Part shown: in pieces, positions 26,251 through 40,295 of the stretch
Numbering within the stretch: the first letter of the stretch is position 1
Layout of the letters: each line of letters opens with the position of its first letter
Source of the DNA: Epiperipatus broadwayi
Taxonomy: Eukaryota; Animalia; Onychophora
NCBI GenBank assembly: GCA_028023455.1
Contig: JAQFVV010000003.1
Location: 3,596,001 to 3,660,000 of the forward strand
Length of the DNA: 64,000 nt
Reading direction: 5' to 3'
The notes under the pieces: generated by a model
Databases searched by the model: none
What the model was told of the DNA's origin: nothing
Seen by the model: only the letters and a program-made list of their open reading frames with translations
Program-made: the position numbers and the translations under genes

Positions 26251-27217
26251 CAATCAATCAATAGTATTCTGTCCTATGGACAGGTCGAGTGAGTAGTCCC
26301 ATCACAAATTTCATCCATTTCTTATCTCTTCCTGTTTCTTACATCATCCAATAATGGTTATTTTTTCTGACCTTTCTTCTTGTTTCCACTCACCATCTCC
26401 TCCTAAACATCTTTCATTAAACTATTCTTTCTTTCTAATATATGTCAAATCCAGTTTTTCTTTCTATCTTTAACTTCAATCAATGTCTTTTTTTTTCATT
26501 TACTCTTTTTAAAACTTTTTCAATTGTCATTTTATTTACCCAACTAATTTTTTCCATCCAGCTCCATAACCATATCTCAAAGACTTCCAGTCTGTTCCTA
26601 ACTTTTTTATTCATTCTCCATGTTTCACAACAATATAATAGTACACTCCAGACATAACATTTGATTAACATTTTCCTCAATTCTCTCTTCAAAGTTTTAC
26701 TAAATATTTTCTTTTTCTTAGTAAATGCTGTTTTTACCACTGCTATACTTCTTTTAACTTCATCTTCACTTCTTCCATCCTCACTCAAACAATTAACCAA
26801 ATATCTAAATCCATTAACTGTTGAACTATATTATCATAAATTCCAACTTGAAGTCTTTTTGTATTCATCTTATCCATAACACTTAGTCTTCTCAGCATTA
26901 ATATTTCATTCCATATTTCTTAAATTCTTTCTTTAATTTATTTAACATATTCTGAAGACTCTTTTCAGCCTCAGCTATAAGAGCCATATTATCTGCAAAT
27001 TTTATACATTTTATTATTCTACCTTCAATATTTGCTCCTTCACAGTCAGTCCAAATATTTATTTCACATGTCTTCTAAATAAATATTAAAAAAAAACACA
27101 GGTGACATATAGTATTCTTTCTTAATTCTTTCTATATTTACTTATCACTATCATTATTCTCTAGTCTAATTCTTATTCTTATTCCATATCAATCTTCTCT
27201 CTTCCAAAATAGTCCTT
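26251..27217 (-). mobile_element. RTE LINE 3' portion (RT domain 4 to 3' tail)
   Basis: ORF 26480-26800 (LIKCYVWSVLLYCCETW...RLEVFEIWLW...ISWVNK) is a typical RTE C-terminal region. 3' stem-loop ctgtcc-atag-gacag and (GATT)n tail at 26251-26263. Confidence 0.85.
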
Positions 27218-27225
27218 TATTTTTT

Positions 27226-27806
27226 AAGATGGTATGTGAAATGTAAGATCATTGAGAAGAGTTGGAAATTGGAACATTTGAAAAGATAAGTGAAAATAAA
27301 TAATATTGATATTATAAGATTAAGTGAAATGAAATGGGAAGGATATAAACAAGTAAATAAAGTGGATGTTAAGTTATTTTATTCTGGTGGTAGCATTAAA
27401 TAGAGTTGGTATTGCTGTTGTAAAGAAAATTTGTAAAAGTGTGGCAAAAGTAGATTGTGTTGATGATAGACTTATGATGATGAGGATAACTCCAAGCCCA
27501 AGGGATTTGGTATTAATTTTAGTTTATATGTCAACTATCAATTTTGATGATATTGTAATTGGTGAGCAATATGAAAAGATAGAGGAAATTATACAATGTG
27601 AGGGAGAATGCTCTTGTGGGAAAGAATAAAGAAGGAAAAATTGTTAGGTATTATGATATTGGGAAAAAGAATGAAAGAGATAGCCTGCTTGTGGAATTTT
27701 GTAAGGAGAATAAGTTTGTGATGCAAACACTTGGTTTGAAAATCATCCAAGAAAATTGTTTACATGAAAAATTTCAATTGATAAAGAGTGATATTACATA
27801 GACTAT
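27226..27806 (+). mobile_element. RTE LINE APE endonuclease N-terminal part (inverted 5' segment)
   Basis: Degenerate G-W-NVRSL..., DDRLMMMRI...LILVYM, NERxxLLVEFCKEN, ending IDY at the LTR edge. Confidence 0.8.
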
Positions 27807-29720
27807 TGTACCAGATAAAAAGATTTTTCTTTCATATATATTGACCACAAGGGCACCACTAGTCCGAAAATCAGAACTAGACATTTATTTTAAGAGTGGC
27901 CAGGATATACGAACATGAATGCGCCGGACTAAACCCAGGGAGAGCAAGAGCTCATGAATGTTGTTCAGACAATTGAGAAAACATTGAGACAAACGTCAGC
28001 CAAAATAATTACAAAAACTTTTTTTAAATTTATTAAACATATAACAAAATAAAAATGGAAACTTGACCTACATTTTCTTAGCAGATCTTATCATTGAGTG
28101 TATGCAAGCATTAATACGTTAAATACTCAGGCAGACAAGTTCGATTTCTCATCTAAAACATAAGAAGAGCTTATATCTTCATGCTAGCGGTCGCCTAAAC
28201 CAATTCCATTTTTCTACAGATTTAGAAAGATGGATGCATGTGGAGAACCAACGGAACAGCGCAGACGAGCTTTTCTTAGCCTGGAAAAGAAACATTGGAA
28301 CTAAGAATGCCATAATTCTGCAAAATGCTCATGATCAAGTATGTTTAAACCAGCCAAGGTTAGTCTCACACAAGAAAAGAGAAAATTACGGACTATGTAA
28401 TCTGAACTATAAAAAAAAATCTCTACCAAGAAAACTGTTGTGAACACTATACTCGATAAACTGCCAGCCAAAAGATCAGCTGTCTGCCAAAAAAGCAAAC
28501 GAAGTTTGATTAAGTTTAACGACAAATAAAACAAACAAAAGGGTAGGTGAGTAAAAGAAAACTAAGATTGGCCTGAGTATTTATCAAGGGTTAATTATAG
28601 AGCAAAGAAAACATTAAGCATATAAATTATCACTCGCCATACACTCTCAAATAAAATGGAAAATCTTGCCACTAAAATTCTAATATAAAAAAAATACATT
28701 AATATTTAAATTAATAGGTCACACATCATAAATATAATTTTTTTTAGATTAAGTTGAGATTTGCTAGAGACTTAATTAGAGTTTAGTCCTGATTTTAATA
28801 TGGAAAAGTAAGTTACCTCGAGATAATATTAATTTCTGCTGTTCATGCAAAGTACAGTTTATAAAGAAACCTATACTGTGGTTTTAATTTATTCCAGGTT
28901 CAGAAGAGTGGAAGCACTATCAGGATCAGATCTGGACTTGGCACTTAGGTCATGATTGAAGTCACAATTTAGGAGCTCTGGAGGTTCATCTTTGGAAAGG
29001 TTTAGCCCATCATGTTGTGGAGATTTTTCATAGCGTAGATTATAGGCACAGCATCTGAATGGCTGCTACTATCATCGCAAATATTAGAATTATTGTCAGG
29101 CAACAAAAATCCAACTTGGTGATTCCTGTTGAACAAATATCGAATAAAATCAGAATCACTTCAACAATGCAGCAGTTCAATAACAGAAAAATCTGAATCT
29201 GAATGACTGAATAAAAAAAAAACCCAGAGCTATTTATGTCCATTGTTATCTCCCTGCAATCTTTTATTGCAAGTTTCAATCAGGGTAAATCTCTATCTCC
29301 CGATCAAACTTAATTAGGAAAACGACAATATTTTACAAAATTAATTTTAAAAAAAACATGCCAAACTAAATCTGCTTTAAAAATAAATCACCTTTTTTTT
29401 TTTTTTTTAAATAAAATACTTTTATAAAAAGATTAATTAAACTTTACTTGCTTTTAATTATTTTAAAAGGAAACAAGCATAAAAAAAATAAAAAAATTAT
29501 ACTAAAATCAATTGAGAATTAAAAATATAAGATTTCAATATAAATAAGTATGTGTGTTATTGCACATATTAAACTTGGTTTTAATTTACGTGATAGAACT
29601 TTTGAATCGGATAAAGTATCTGGTTCAACTGCCTCAATACACCACGAAAAAAAATAAAAGCATTTTTTTGCTGTTTTTTTTTTAAACTTTAAACCCCAAA
29701 CATTTAAAACTTTTAAACCA
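27807..29720 (-). mobile_element. Putative 3' LTR of Ty3/Gypsy element
   Basis: Starts TG directly after the PPT on the minus strand and ends ...GGTACA at 27807, exactly where the RTE frame is cut; CpG retained. LTR length inferred, no second LTR seen. Confidence 0.55.
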
Positions 29721-29731
29721 CCCTCCCCCCC
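29721..29731 (-). other. Polypurine tract
   Basis: GGGGGGGAGGG on the minus strand immediately before TG, shortly after the integrase stop. Confidence 0.6.
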
Positions 29732-29784
29732 GGTTGAACATTAGCCCTGAGTTCAATTCCATAAGTCTACCTCCTATCTTTTAA

Positions 29785-31850
29785 GTGGCTGGCCTAAGGC
29801 TCTGTGCATTATAAGATCCATAAACCCCATGCTCATCTTTCAATACAAAGGCATTCAGACCTTTTTTTTTTATAGTGAAAGGTCCATTATATACTGGAAA
29901 AAATTTCTTATATTGATGCTGGGTTGGATTGCTGCTATGAGGTTTTCGTACATAAACCAAGTCTCCTACCTCGAATTTACAAGGTCATCGATTTCCCCTC
30001 TTTACACGTATTTCGACCATATGTTTCAACTTTATTCGAGCCTTTCTTTTATCCATTTCTTTATCAATTTTCTCCTGATCTACAGGCAAGGGAGCCTTTA
30101 TCAGCATTGGATAATTCTGTCCAAAATGTAATCTGATGGGTGCAAACCCTATAGATTCATTCTGTGTCCAATTTATGTAATTATATGTTTTCTGTCTGAT
30201 TCACCCATTTACAGTGATTGTTGCTGACATATAGCCGAAATAAACCATTTAACTCCCTCATGATTCTCTCCCAGGGGTTGGATTGGGGGTTTTGGATGGG
30301 TGTTATTAATTTTTGGTGCCCCTTTTTTTGATCCCTTTTTTTCCTTTGGTGGGTTTAAAGGGTGTCTCTGGTGTGTTTTTTCTGGGGCCCCCCCCTCTTT
30401 GGGGACTGGGGCTCTTTTTAAAATTCGATAGGTTTTCCGCCTTTTTTCTTTTTTTTAGGGTATGGGGGCCCATTTTTTGAAAATGTTTTATTATATTACT
30501 ATAAATTTTTTTTGGTTTTTATAAGGGGGAAAGGTCCATAAAAGTCTAGGGCAACAATTCATTAGGGTTATGTGCTAAAATAGGCTGTAAGATTCCAGTA
30601 AATCTCTTATTTACATGTTTAGTTTGTGAACACACGAGATTTCCCCAAAACTGATACAACATTTGAATATGAACTTGGCCAGTAAAATACTTCCCTGAGC
30701 ACATGCTCTACTTTACATGGGCCAAAGTGTCCATAAAGGCAATGTATGTAGTCTATAAGTTCGTTCCTGAGTCTTATGGTATAAGAATTCTCCATGAGTT
30801 TTCTCCCATGGCAACTATGTATTGCCGTACACCATCTTTTATTCTATAGGCTTTATATTTTCCCAATGTTGCTGTGTTACTTGGATCAGAAATTTTTATC
30901 CCTTTCTTGTATGTCATAATTTGTGCATACTCTGGGCTGGTCTCCTGTATTTCAGGTAGATTTAGTAATTGTTGCTCTATGGACTCATCTATGGCTAATG
31001 TAAATGCTGCAATACTCAAATTGTTGGCTTGAGATGATGTGGGGTCAAATCTATGGGATGGCAAAATATCAGCCCCAATATTTTCCTTGCCTTTACAATA
31101 TAGAGCTTTATACTGGAATTTCCGTAGCATAAGACTTTATCGTATCAATCGATCATTCGATAAGTAACTGGTATTAAGAAATTCCAAGCTCTTATGGTCT
31201 GTGATTACAACAATCTCTCTCCCAAGCAAGAATTGTTTGAATTTATTGAAAGCCCACACAATGGCCAGAGCTTCCTTTTCCATCATTGTGTAATTATTTT
31301 CCACACCTTTTAGGTTGCGGCTAGAAAAATACAACATTCTGTGATGTTGATGTTTGTCAATATGAAATAACATTACCCCAAGCCCATGCCCACTACTGTC
31401 GGTCTGAACATAAAAAATTTGTGAAAAAGTCAGGGTAGGCTAGAACCACCTATCCCAAGAACTTTTTAATGTGTTGAAATTCCTGCTCCTGTTTGTACTC
31501 CCATACTCATTTTTGGTCTTTTGTTAATAACTGAACCAAATTTGCAGCATCTAATGCAAAATTTTCATAGAATCTATGATAAAAATTGCATAATCCCAGA
31601 AAAGACCGCACCAGACGCCTATGAGTGGGTGTAAGAAAATGTATCACCGTTAGTTTCTCCGGATGGGGTTTAATGCCCTCTTTTCCAGTTAAGAAGCCTA
31701 AAAATGCAACCTCCTCCTGGACAAGGCAACTTTTTTGTAAATTGATAGTAATGTTTTTCTGATAACACTCCCTTGAGAACATTTTCAAGTGTTTCACTAT
31801 ATTGATTCAGGATAGATATAAGAATGCTATTAAAATTTTGCATGCTTTGC
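29785..31850 (-). mobile_element. Ty3/Gypsy pol 3' half (RT end, RNase H, integrase), frameshifted, 5' part deleted
   Basis: NLQKSCLVQEEVAFLG; EKEALAIVWAFNKFKQFLLGREIVVITDHKSL; KGKENIGADIL; IHCLYGHFG...FYWP (HHCC); ERIMREL; FEVGDLVYVR...YNGPF. Confidence 0.9.
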
Positions 31851-31852
31851 GT

Positions 31853-32334
31853 GATACTGATATAAACTGATCATAATTTGATTATGATTTAATTAAAGTT
31901 GATTTTAAAAAGAATAAAAAGAGGGGGAAATATTTAAGATATGACATAGATAAATTGAGAGAAATGGAGAAAAGAAGATTTGATTTAATATATGAAAATG
32001 TAATAAAAAGAATTTATAAAAATGTAGAATATATGAATAGTTCTGATAAGCATTGGTGTAGGATTAAAGAAAGAATTTCACAGCAAAAAATGAAATAAAA
32101 ATTATTCGATAAAGAAAACTAAAAGATCTTGGATAATGGAAAGTATTTGGAAAATATGGAAGTATGGAGAAGATGGAAGAATGTCAATACTGAAGAAGGA
32201 CAAAGAGCATATAAAAAAATTATAATGAACTTAATAAGGAGAGAAACAGATTTAGCAAAATAAAAATGATTGGATCAAGAATGTAGTAGAGAGAGAGAGA
32301 AGTATTTCAATAGATAAAAAGATACAATCTGGTA
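31853..32334 (+). mobile_element. RTE continuation (EN end, linker)
   Basis: DI-DHNLIM (SDHN-type motif) and W-DQEC-like linker; resumes the frame cut at 27806. Confidence 0.65.
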
Positions 32335-33846
32335 ACCCGGATCTCGTTTTATGCAGATTTATTTAATGCGATTTTGAAGTTATGCGATTCATGTTTCTTC
32401 TTAATATTTTTGTATGCGGTTTTCTTTTATGCGATAAAAATTATTAGATCAGAAGTCAAGCTCCAATAATGCACTATTACTTTAAATATTATAAATTTTG
32501 CGCACTCACATGTCATATTTAAATTAACAGCACATTATTGGAGTTCGACTTCCATGTAATAATTTAAATATTTTCATTGTGCTTTATAATAGTACTGTAA
32601 TAGTTTTATGCAATAAAAAAATTCATAATTCACTTCAAATCAGGATTTCCCCATTTTATGTACACACATTAAATTTTGCAGGATTATAATGCAAATCTGT
32701 TCAAATGTTATAGATGTCTATACTATGCACATTGTTGTTTTTGCATTTATCACATTCTATTTTTGCTTTTTAAAAAAAGTGTACATAATCAATTAATCAT
32801 TTAGTGTCTGCAAGTAATAAATTTTACAAGATTATAATATAAATCTGTTCAAACGTTATAGATACGTATACTATACATGTTATTGTTTTTGCATTTTAAA
32901 TCACATTCTATTTTTGCTTTTTAAAAAAAAAGAGTATGTAATCAATTATTCATTTAGTGTCCGCAAGTATATTTTTAAAAGATGAATAACAGCGGTGGGC
33001 ACAATTAAATTTGATAATTAAAAATTAAAATCTGATTTTTAATTGTAATTAACAATTTAAAAATTACGTAATGTGATCTGAAATTAATTTGATGTGAAAC
33101 AATGAAATTTGATTTTTAAATGGAATTGAAAACTAAAGACAAAAATAAGAATCTAATTTTTAATTGTTGGTTTTAATTAAATTTTGCCCAACAGTGGTGA
33201 GTAGGTGTCTTTTTATTATCATAAGTCTAAGTTTTTATTTTAAACTTTTAGTTTACCCTAATGGAGGGGAAAAAACATCCAAGAAAATGAATTTCTTTGG
33301 AAACAATTTCAATTTTAGATTGCTTAGCGAAATGGAAAGATCAATAGCGATTGGAAAACATTTTAGTTTTAGGTGAATCCACTATAAGAGCAGTTAAAAA
33401 AAATGAAGTTGATGCTAGCTGTATTTCCTCTTGTGACGAATCTGATGTCTTACTAATTCACAAACGAATCTGCATATCGTCAAATAGCGATAATGATTAA
33501 AATACTGTACATATATGAAAAAATGTAAAATACTATAAATTACGCATAAAAATATATTGCTTTGAATACAATTCATTACTGTAGTTAATTATAAAAAGTA
33601 AAAAAAGTTTGTCTTGTATCAATTTTTTTCAAATTTAAAATTTTTTATTAGTCATATTTTATTTCTTTTTTTTTTTTTATGCGAATTTTAAAGTAATTTT
33701 ATGTTGTTGCTTTGCTTTTATGTGATTTTTGAAAATTATGGTACCTATCCCCCATTTTTCAAAGTAAGTTAAGTCTATTTTTGTGCGATTTCTTTTGTGC
33801 ACATTTTCTGAGGAACCTATCTACCGCATAAAACGAGACTCAGGTG
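32335..33846 (+). mobile_element. Tigger/pogo-like DNA transposon deletion derivative
   Basis: TIRs (acccggatctcgttttatgc / gcataaaacgagactcaggtg) flanked by TA at 32333-34 and 33847-48. HTH_psq-like remnant ...SIAIGKHF-LGESTIRAVKKNE at ~33265-33410. Internal ~150 bp tandem duplication. Confidence 0.8.
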
Positions 33847-34336
33847 TATTTGATAGAATTTAAAATGTCACTTAAGAAAAAAAGAAATGGTTAACAAGTG
33901 AAATTAGTTAATAAGAATGGAAAGAAATTAATTGATAGTGATAATATATTGAAAAGATGAAAAGCATATCTTCAATATCTATTTAGAAAAGAAAATAATT
34001 CAATTAATTATAAACTTGAAAATGAAGATGTTGAAGTAGATAATAAAAGTATGGACATATTGACAGATGAAGAAATAAAGTTGACTGAATATATGAAAAT
34101 GATAAAGCTGTCAAATTTAACATAATACCTAAAGAATTTTTGAAAGAAGTGGGAGAAATTATCTTATGAAGTAAATAGTTGGTCTTTGCAATTTGATATA
34201 TAATAGCAGAGTTTGTTCTGAAGACTTTATGAGCACTATAATGATTCCAATTGCTAAAAAGAAGAAAGCTGTTAAATGTGAAGAATATAGAACAATAAGT
34301 TTGTAAGTTTTATTGAGGATTTTAACTAGAGGAAAT
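33847..34336 (+). mobile_element. RTE continuation (linker to RT domains 0-2)
   Basis: NKNGKKLI...ILKR-K-YLQ and IPIAKKKKAVKCEEYRTISL...LLRILTR; stops at the candidate TSD 34337-34348. Confidence 0.75.
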
Positions 34337-35017
34337 TATTTTATTAATATCTTCTATATTCAAATATAATAATCTGTATAGATTTTTATTAAATATAAAT
34401 ATAGTTGTTATTTAATAATATTTATTTCAAAGTCATCCATGTATATACTACTTAACATTACACTTAGAGCCCTCTATTAATAATCCTTTTTAATTGGTAA
34501 AATTCATTTTTAAATTCAAATGTCATTTCTTTGCAACTTAATGAAAAATATTAAGGTATTTTAATGTTTTTATGTTTGCTATATTTTTATTATTGGCTAA
34601 ATCTATAGTTTTGACCATATTATTATTTGTGTAAATTGGAATCATATCCATTTTTAAAAATGTATTTTGTACTTACATTTTTCAATAGTTTCTCTAATTT
34701 CCATTAATAAGATTTGTTATTTATCCTTGTAATATTTTTAAAATGTTTTTGCTATTAATTTTAATATTATATTGAAATAAGACTTTGTACCAGTAATTAT
34801 TGATCTTAGTGATTTTTTTTTTTTTTAAGTTATCTTTGGAGCACTACATATTATTACAATTTTACAATCTTTATTAGTTTTATTTATAAATTTCATTTTT
34901 TGGTAAAAAAAATCAAATTTTACATAATGATTAATAAAGACTTATTTAATTTGTAGAAGGATTTAAAATATGTTGTTTCTTTAGTGTTAAATTTGATTTA
35001 ATTTTTATTAAATAGAT

Positions 35018-35135
35018 ATCATCATCATCATTATCAACCATTATCAATCCACTGCAGGATGAAGGTCTCTCCAAGTTTAATCCATCTTCTCCGATCTTTA
35101 GCTTCTCTTCTCCACATCACCCCTACACATTTTCT
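35018..35135 (-). mobile_element. 5'-truncated RTE-type 3' end with (GAT)n tail
   Basis: Minus strand ...ggagagaccttcatcctgcagtggattgataatggttgataatgatgatgatgat. Confidence 0.6.
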
Positions 35136-36919
35136 TATATAAATTGTATTATTTATTTTAAAATAAAAAATAAATAATAGTTAAATTCATGAAAATTATT
35201 TTTATTCACTAGTTATAATTATAAAAAAAACATTTTTATAATTAATCAAATTGAAAATTGCTATTTATTTACTATTTTGAAATCATCTAATTAATGATAA
35301 AATAAATGAAAAGTGAGATGTGTGTTGATAGATGTGCTCACATGTTCATTTAATAATAAGTGAAAGTTACTTCCTGGTATAATATTTAAATTGTTAATTA
35401 TGGATAGTAAATGTTATTTTTTAATCGCATAAATTTCATTAAAAAGTTTGTAAAATCAAGTTATAATAATAATGTATATTTTAAAATTTAAATGTTAAAA
35501 GAGTATATTATTATTAAAAGATAAATTAAATTTTGCATATTGATTTAATAATATTTTAATTTTTTTAAAAGTGTAAAGAGTAATTAATATTCATTTTTGA
35601 CAGACATTTGAAAGTGATTAACCAATCAGGTATTATGAAATTTTTCCTATAAATAGAAGATTAGCAGGTGATAAGGAGGATAAAATCAAGAAAACATTAG
35701 AGGAAAAATGTATTTTCTTGTCTTAAAAATTTCAAGTGTAAATTTATTAAAATATTTTTGAATTAAAAGTAATAATAATAATTTTAAAATATATGGAATA
35801 CATTTTAAGAAGTTTATTGATTTATTTAATTATGGACCTAGCAGCAAACTATCCTCATTGGTATTCTGCATGTGGTAACAACAAACTTATGGTAATGAAA
35901 GGAACAAAACTTCTTACTTCAACAAGAAAAGCTGTAGATTAACAAATCATTTTTCCCACATAAAATGAAAAGATGTAATGAATTTAGTTCTTATTAATTT
36001 TCATATGCATTATAATAGAAAATATTTTCTACTAAATCTTATCTTTTATAATGATAGAGATAATTTACTTCTATTCATTAAGACTTGTCTTCTATTCATT
36101 AAGACTTGTCATGTCAAGATAATTTATTTATGATATTATTAAGATAACAATGGCCTAAGAGAAGAGAGATATAATGCAGATTAAGAGTTACTAAAATTTT
36201 ATAATTACTAACTTTAATATTGTCTAGGTATTGGTAAGTTATTAACATATTAAATATGAATTGTTTGGAGATCTCTTAGAATTTTATAATTCTACAAGTA
36301 AATGTTTTTGGCATGTGCAAAGAGAAAGGAAACTTTTTTTTTTTAAAAAAAAAAGTAAAATGCATAATTACTTAAGTGTGAAGGAATCTTGTTAATAATA
36401 TAAAAAAGTATGAACTTGTAGTAGTGTTATTATTAAATAATTTTTGTTCCAATTTTTATTCATATTTTCCAATTGTGCTACAAATAATGGTGAGGAGCAT
36501 GAAGGGGAGGAAGCAAGTTATTTTTTTTTTCAAGAAATATTTGGTTGTGTTGTTGTCATAGTAACTATTTTCAAGGAATTAAAGACAATTTTTTGCTATG
36601 GAAAAATATAATTTAAATCATATGTCCAATTAATGTATTATAATAGTGTGTTGGTGGTGATGATGGTAATATAGGCAAGAAATTATGAGACTGAAATTTA
36701 AAATTTTATATTCTAATTAAAATAAAATAAAGTTATATAAATATTTTATCTTGGGATATAAGTGAAAAATGATATGTAGGTTTGTCCAATGAATTGTCAT
36801 AGGGAAAATAGTTAAGTTTGTTGTAGCATTTGCCAATGAGGAATTTATAATGAAATATAATTTATAGAAATTTATAAAGATTTTTATTAGTAGTGTTAGT
36901 TTGTGATAGAATTTTAAAA

Positions 36920-39900
36920 ATGAGTGATTTAGTTTAAAGTATGGAAAGGAAAATTCCTAGCCCTATAAAAGAACATAATATAAGAGAAATTAGTAAATGT
37001 GAAGAAATGGAAGAGGGGAAAATGTCAACCCCTGAAAAAGTTGTTAATGATCCAAAAATGATATATATGATACAAATATTGAGAAGTATGTTTAATGAAA
37101 AATTTGAATCTCTTACAGAAGATACAAAATTTTTTAGAGAAGATCTTTGAGAGAAGACAATAAATCAAAAAATAGTAAGTTTGAATCTATGAGAGAAGAT
37201 AGTAAATCTTTGAAAGAAGAAAATAGATATTCTGTTGAATTGATAACTAATAAATTAGAAAAAAAATAGATATTCAGTCAAATTGATAATTAAAGATATG
37301 AAAGAAAATCTTGATGAGAGAGGATTTGAAAAATAAATTTGAAAGTGTTAATGAAAGATTCAATAAAAATGAAGAAGCTATTGCGTTTTTAAAAATAGAA
37401 TTAATTCAATCTGATAAAAAACACCAAGAAATATTAGTCTTTTAATTACATGAATTCACAGATAATATCATTAAAGAATTCAGAATCTAGGTAAAAGAGG
37501 CAGTTGATCAATCTAAAATTAGTAATGAAAATATTAACTAGAAAATAGATGTTACAAATATAACTTTATCTGGGGATATTAAAGATTTAAAGTCTCATGT
37601 AAGTTTTATTGTAGAAGAGATTGAAATAATGAAGAAGGAAATTAATCATAGTAAAATAAAATTAAAAGAAGTAGTAAAAGAGGAATTTGATAATAAGGTG
37701 AAATTTAAAAAAGTAATTGAGAAAGAGGTGTCTGAAAAATTTCAAGATATAGAAGTTAATAAAATAGAAGAGCATAAGTATAGATGTAAAATGGGTGAAA
37801 GTATTAAAAAGTTGCAAAAAGAAATAAAAGAACAGGTGGAAAAGCAAAATATTATTTTAGTTTGAAATCATGAACAAAAGTAGGTATTGGATCAGAACTT
37901 TGATAAGATTAAAGTAGAGCAGAAAAATTATAAAAGATTGTGTGATAGGACAAATTATTTTGAATGGAAAGTTACAAAATTTATATGCTAAAATTGAAAA
38001 AATACAGATAAGCAGTAATAATAAAGCTGAGAAATCTGAGAGGACTTTAGTTAATCAGCCTGATGATATGAGTATTTCCAGGAATTATGAAATAAGAAAT
38101 TGTAATAAAAAGATTGAAGGTGATAATGAAGTTAATAAGAATCAGCTGTTCACACAGATAAAATAGTTGATAGAAGGAGATTTTACTTTAAATAGTTCAA
38201 TGGCTTTAAAATTTATGAAGATTAAACCTTTTAGGATAAAGTATATGGAAAACCCCTTAGAATTTTTAAATAATTTGGAAGAATTATTTTCTTTAGGTCT
38301 CTTATCTGAAAAAAAGTTAGCCATCTCTAGTAACCATTTATACTCAACAGCTAAGGATTGGTGGTAATCTTTATTTGAAAGCCCTAGTATGTATAGAGAG
38401 TTTTAAGGGTATTATGTTAGCAAATCTCGGGGGAAGTGACAAACAAATTAGTATTAGATATCAAATTACTCAAAAGAAGTATCATTATTAGCAAAGGTAG
38501 TTATACTAAATTTTTCTGTAGTCAAGCTGTCCAAGTTAAAAACTTTCACAGCCTTCCCTTTATCAGAAAATCAAATTGTTAGAATCATAAGATATAATTT
38601 AACTCATAATATTGAGCAGATTTTGATAGTAACTGATAGATTTACAGTAGAGGAAGTTTCAGAAATTTTGGAGCTCTAGAAATTACTGAAATATCAACAG
38701 ATAATAGATTAAGATTCTTGAAGGATAAAGTGAATTACCCTATTTCCAATATTAATGTTGAATCAAATTTATCATATAAACTTACAAGAGATAAGAGATA
38801 TTGTAGTAAGAAGACTAAGGTGTCTCCATATTCTAAAGTGGTTAATCATCCCAGTAGACCTAAGATGAGGCAGATAATTCAAAATAATCACCCATCCACA
38901 AGTGACATACACTATATTAAAGGAGCCAATAGGTAAAGCTAAGGATAAGACAGTAATGTCAAACTAAAAGATCTTTGTATGTACGTTCTTCTTTGCAAGG
39001 ATCTTCTAACAAATAGGGAACAATGAAATGTTAAATAATTGAAATATAGAGTATATACCTACCATAGGTGAATCTCCTATAACATATCAGTACCCTATTA
39101 TAATGTCTATTAATGCTTAAAAGTAGAAGCATTAATTGACTCTGGAAGTCAAGCTTCCATACTTTCTGAATCCACTTATAAATAAATAATGAGTGTGAGA
39201 GGAAGTATATCTTCATTACTAGTAAAACAAATTCAAGTCACTCTAGCAAATGGAAAAAATGATCAAGCTTTCTAACAAATAGGTCTGGGTTATCTTCACT
39301 TTTCATGATTCTGAATTTGGTCATCTTTTTTTTATTATACCTGGACTGATACATGAAGCCATAATAGGAGTTGATTTCATGATTTTAAATAAATGTAAAA
39401 TTCACTTTCAAAATAAAAATGTTTATTTGTAAAGAGAAAAGGCTTGATTTTAAATATGGTTTGCATAACCTTTCCAATTAATTATTATGCATCTATAATA
39501 CACTAATTGACATTAGCCTAATGGTTAAATTTATACATGCTCATATGAAAAATTTTAAATTTGGAGACAATTTATATCCATTAATGTATAGCTATAAAAG
39601 CATATTTTTCAAAGTCCCTGGTAAAATAGAAAGATATACTCATAGAGTTAAATTAAAGGGTAATGATTCTTTCTAACAAAAGATGTACTCTATTCCTTAT
39701 CAATATCAGGAAGAGATACGGATCAAACAGATCATATGCAAGAATGGAAAATAATTAATAAGTGACTTCTTATGTTAATCCTTTTGTTATCATAAAAAAG
39801 GATAATACTATAAGAGTTTGTTTAAATGTTTGAGTGTTAAATTAAATGACAATCCCTGTACATGACATTCCTCCACCCATACATAAACTCCTGATTAAAT

Positions 39901-40258
39901 CTCATAAGATATCAGTTTTCTCTACATTTGATTTAACTGCTTGTTATTGGCAGATATCATTGCATGAGGATCAGCAATATACAGCATTTCATTTTAAGAG
40001 ACAATATATGTCTTCAGATGCATACGCTTTGGCCTCATCATTAGTGGTGGTGACTTGATCAGTTGTTTGAATATGATTTTTTTGAAGAAATTAAAGGAAA
40101 AAAATCATGTATGTGGACAATATTGTCATAGCATTGGATAGTATAGCAGAGCATTTGGAACATTTATGGATGTTTTTTCAAGAGTGAACCTCTAAAAATG
40201 TGAAAATTAACCTGGAGAAATGCACTATAGCGGCAAAAGAAATGTCTTTTCTGGGTCT
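36920..40258 (+). mobile_element. Degenerate Ty3/Gypsy element: coiled-coil gag, protease, RT (truncated at FLG)
   Basis: Coiled-coil fragments 36941-38166; PLEFLNNLE...KDWW; ALIDSGSQASIL at ~39130; FSTFDLTACYWQISL, YTAF, YVDNIV, NLEKC...FLG. Confidence 0.85.
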
Positions 40259-40295
40259 TTTTTTTTTTAATTAAAATATTTGGTCTTTTTTATAT

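Noticed and set aside
30290-30535. Patch of unusual G/C/T homopolymer-rich sequence (also ~29640-29730)
   Set aside because: Falls exactly where the Gypsy integrase core should be, with good coding sequence on both sides; most likely an unpolished long-read or consensus error patch.
29721-40258. The two Gypsy pieces (minus 29.7-31.9 kb and plus 36.9-40.3 kb) as halves of one inverted element
   Set aside because: Both contain the NL.K...FLG segment with different sequences, so they are distinct elements.
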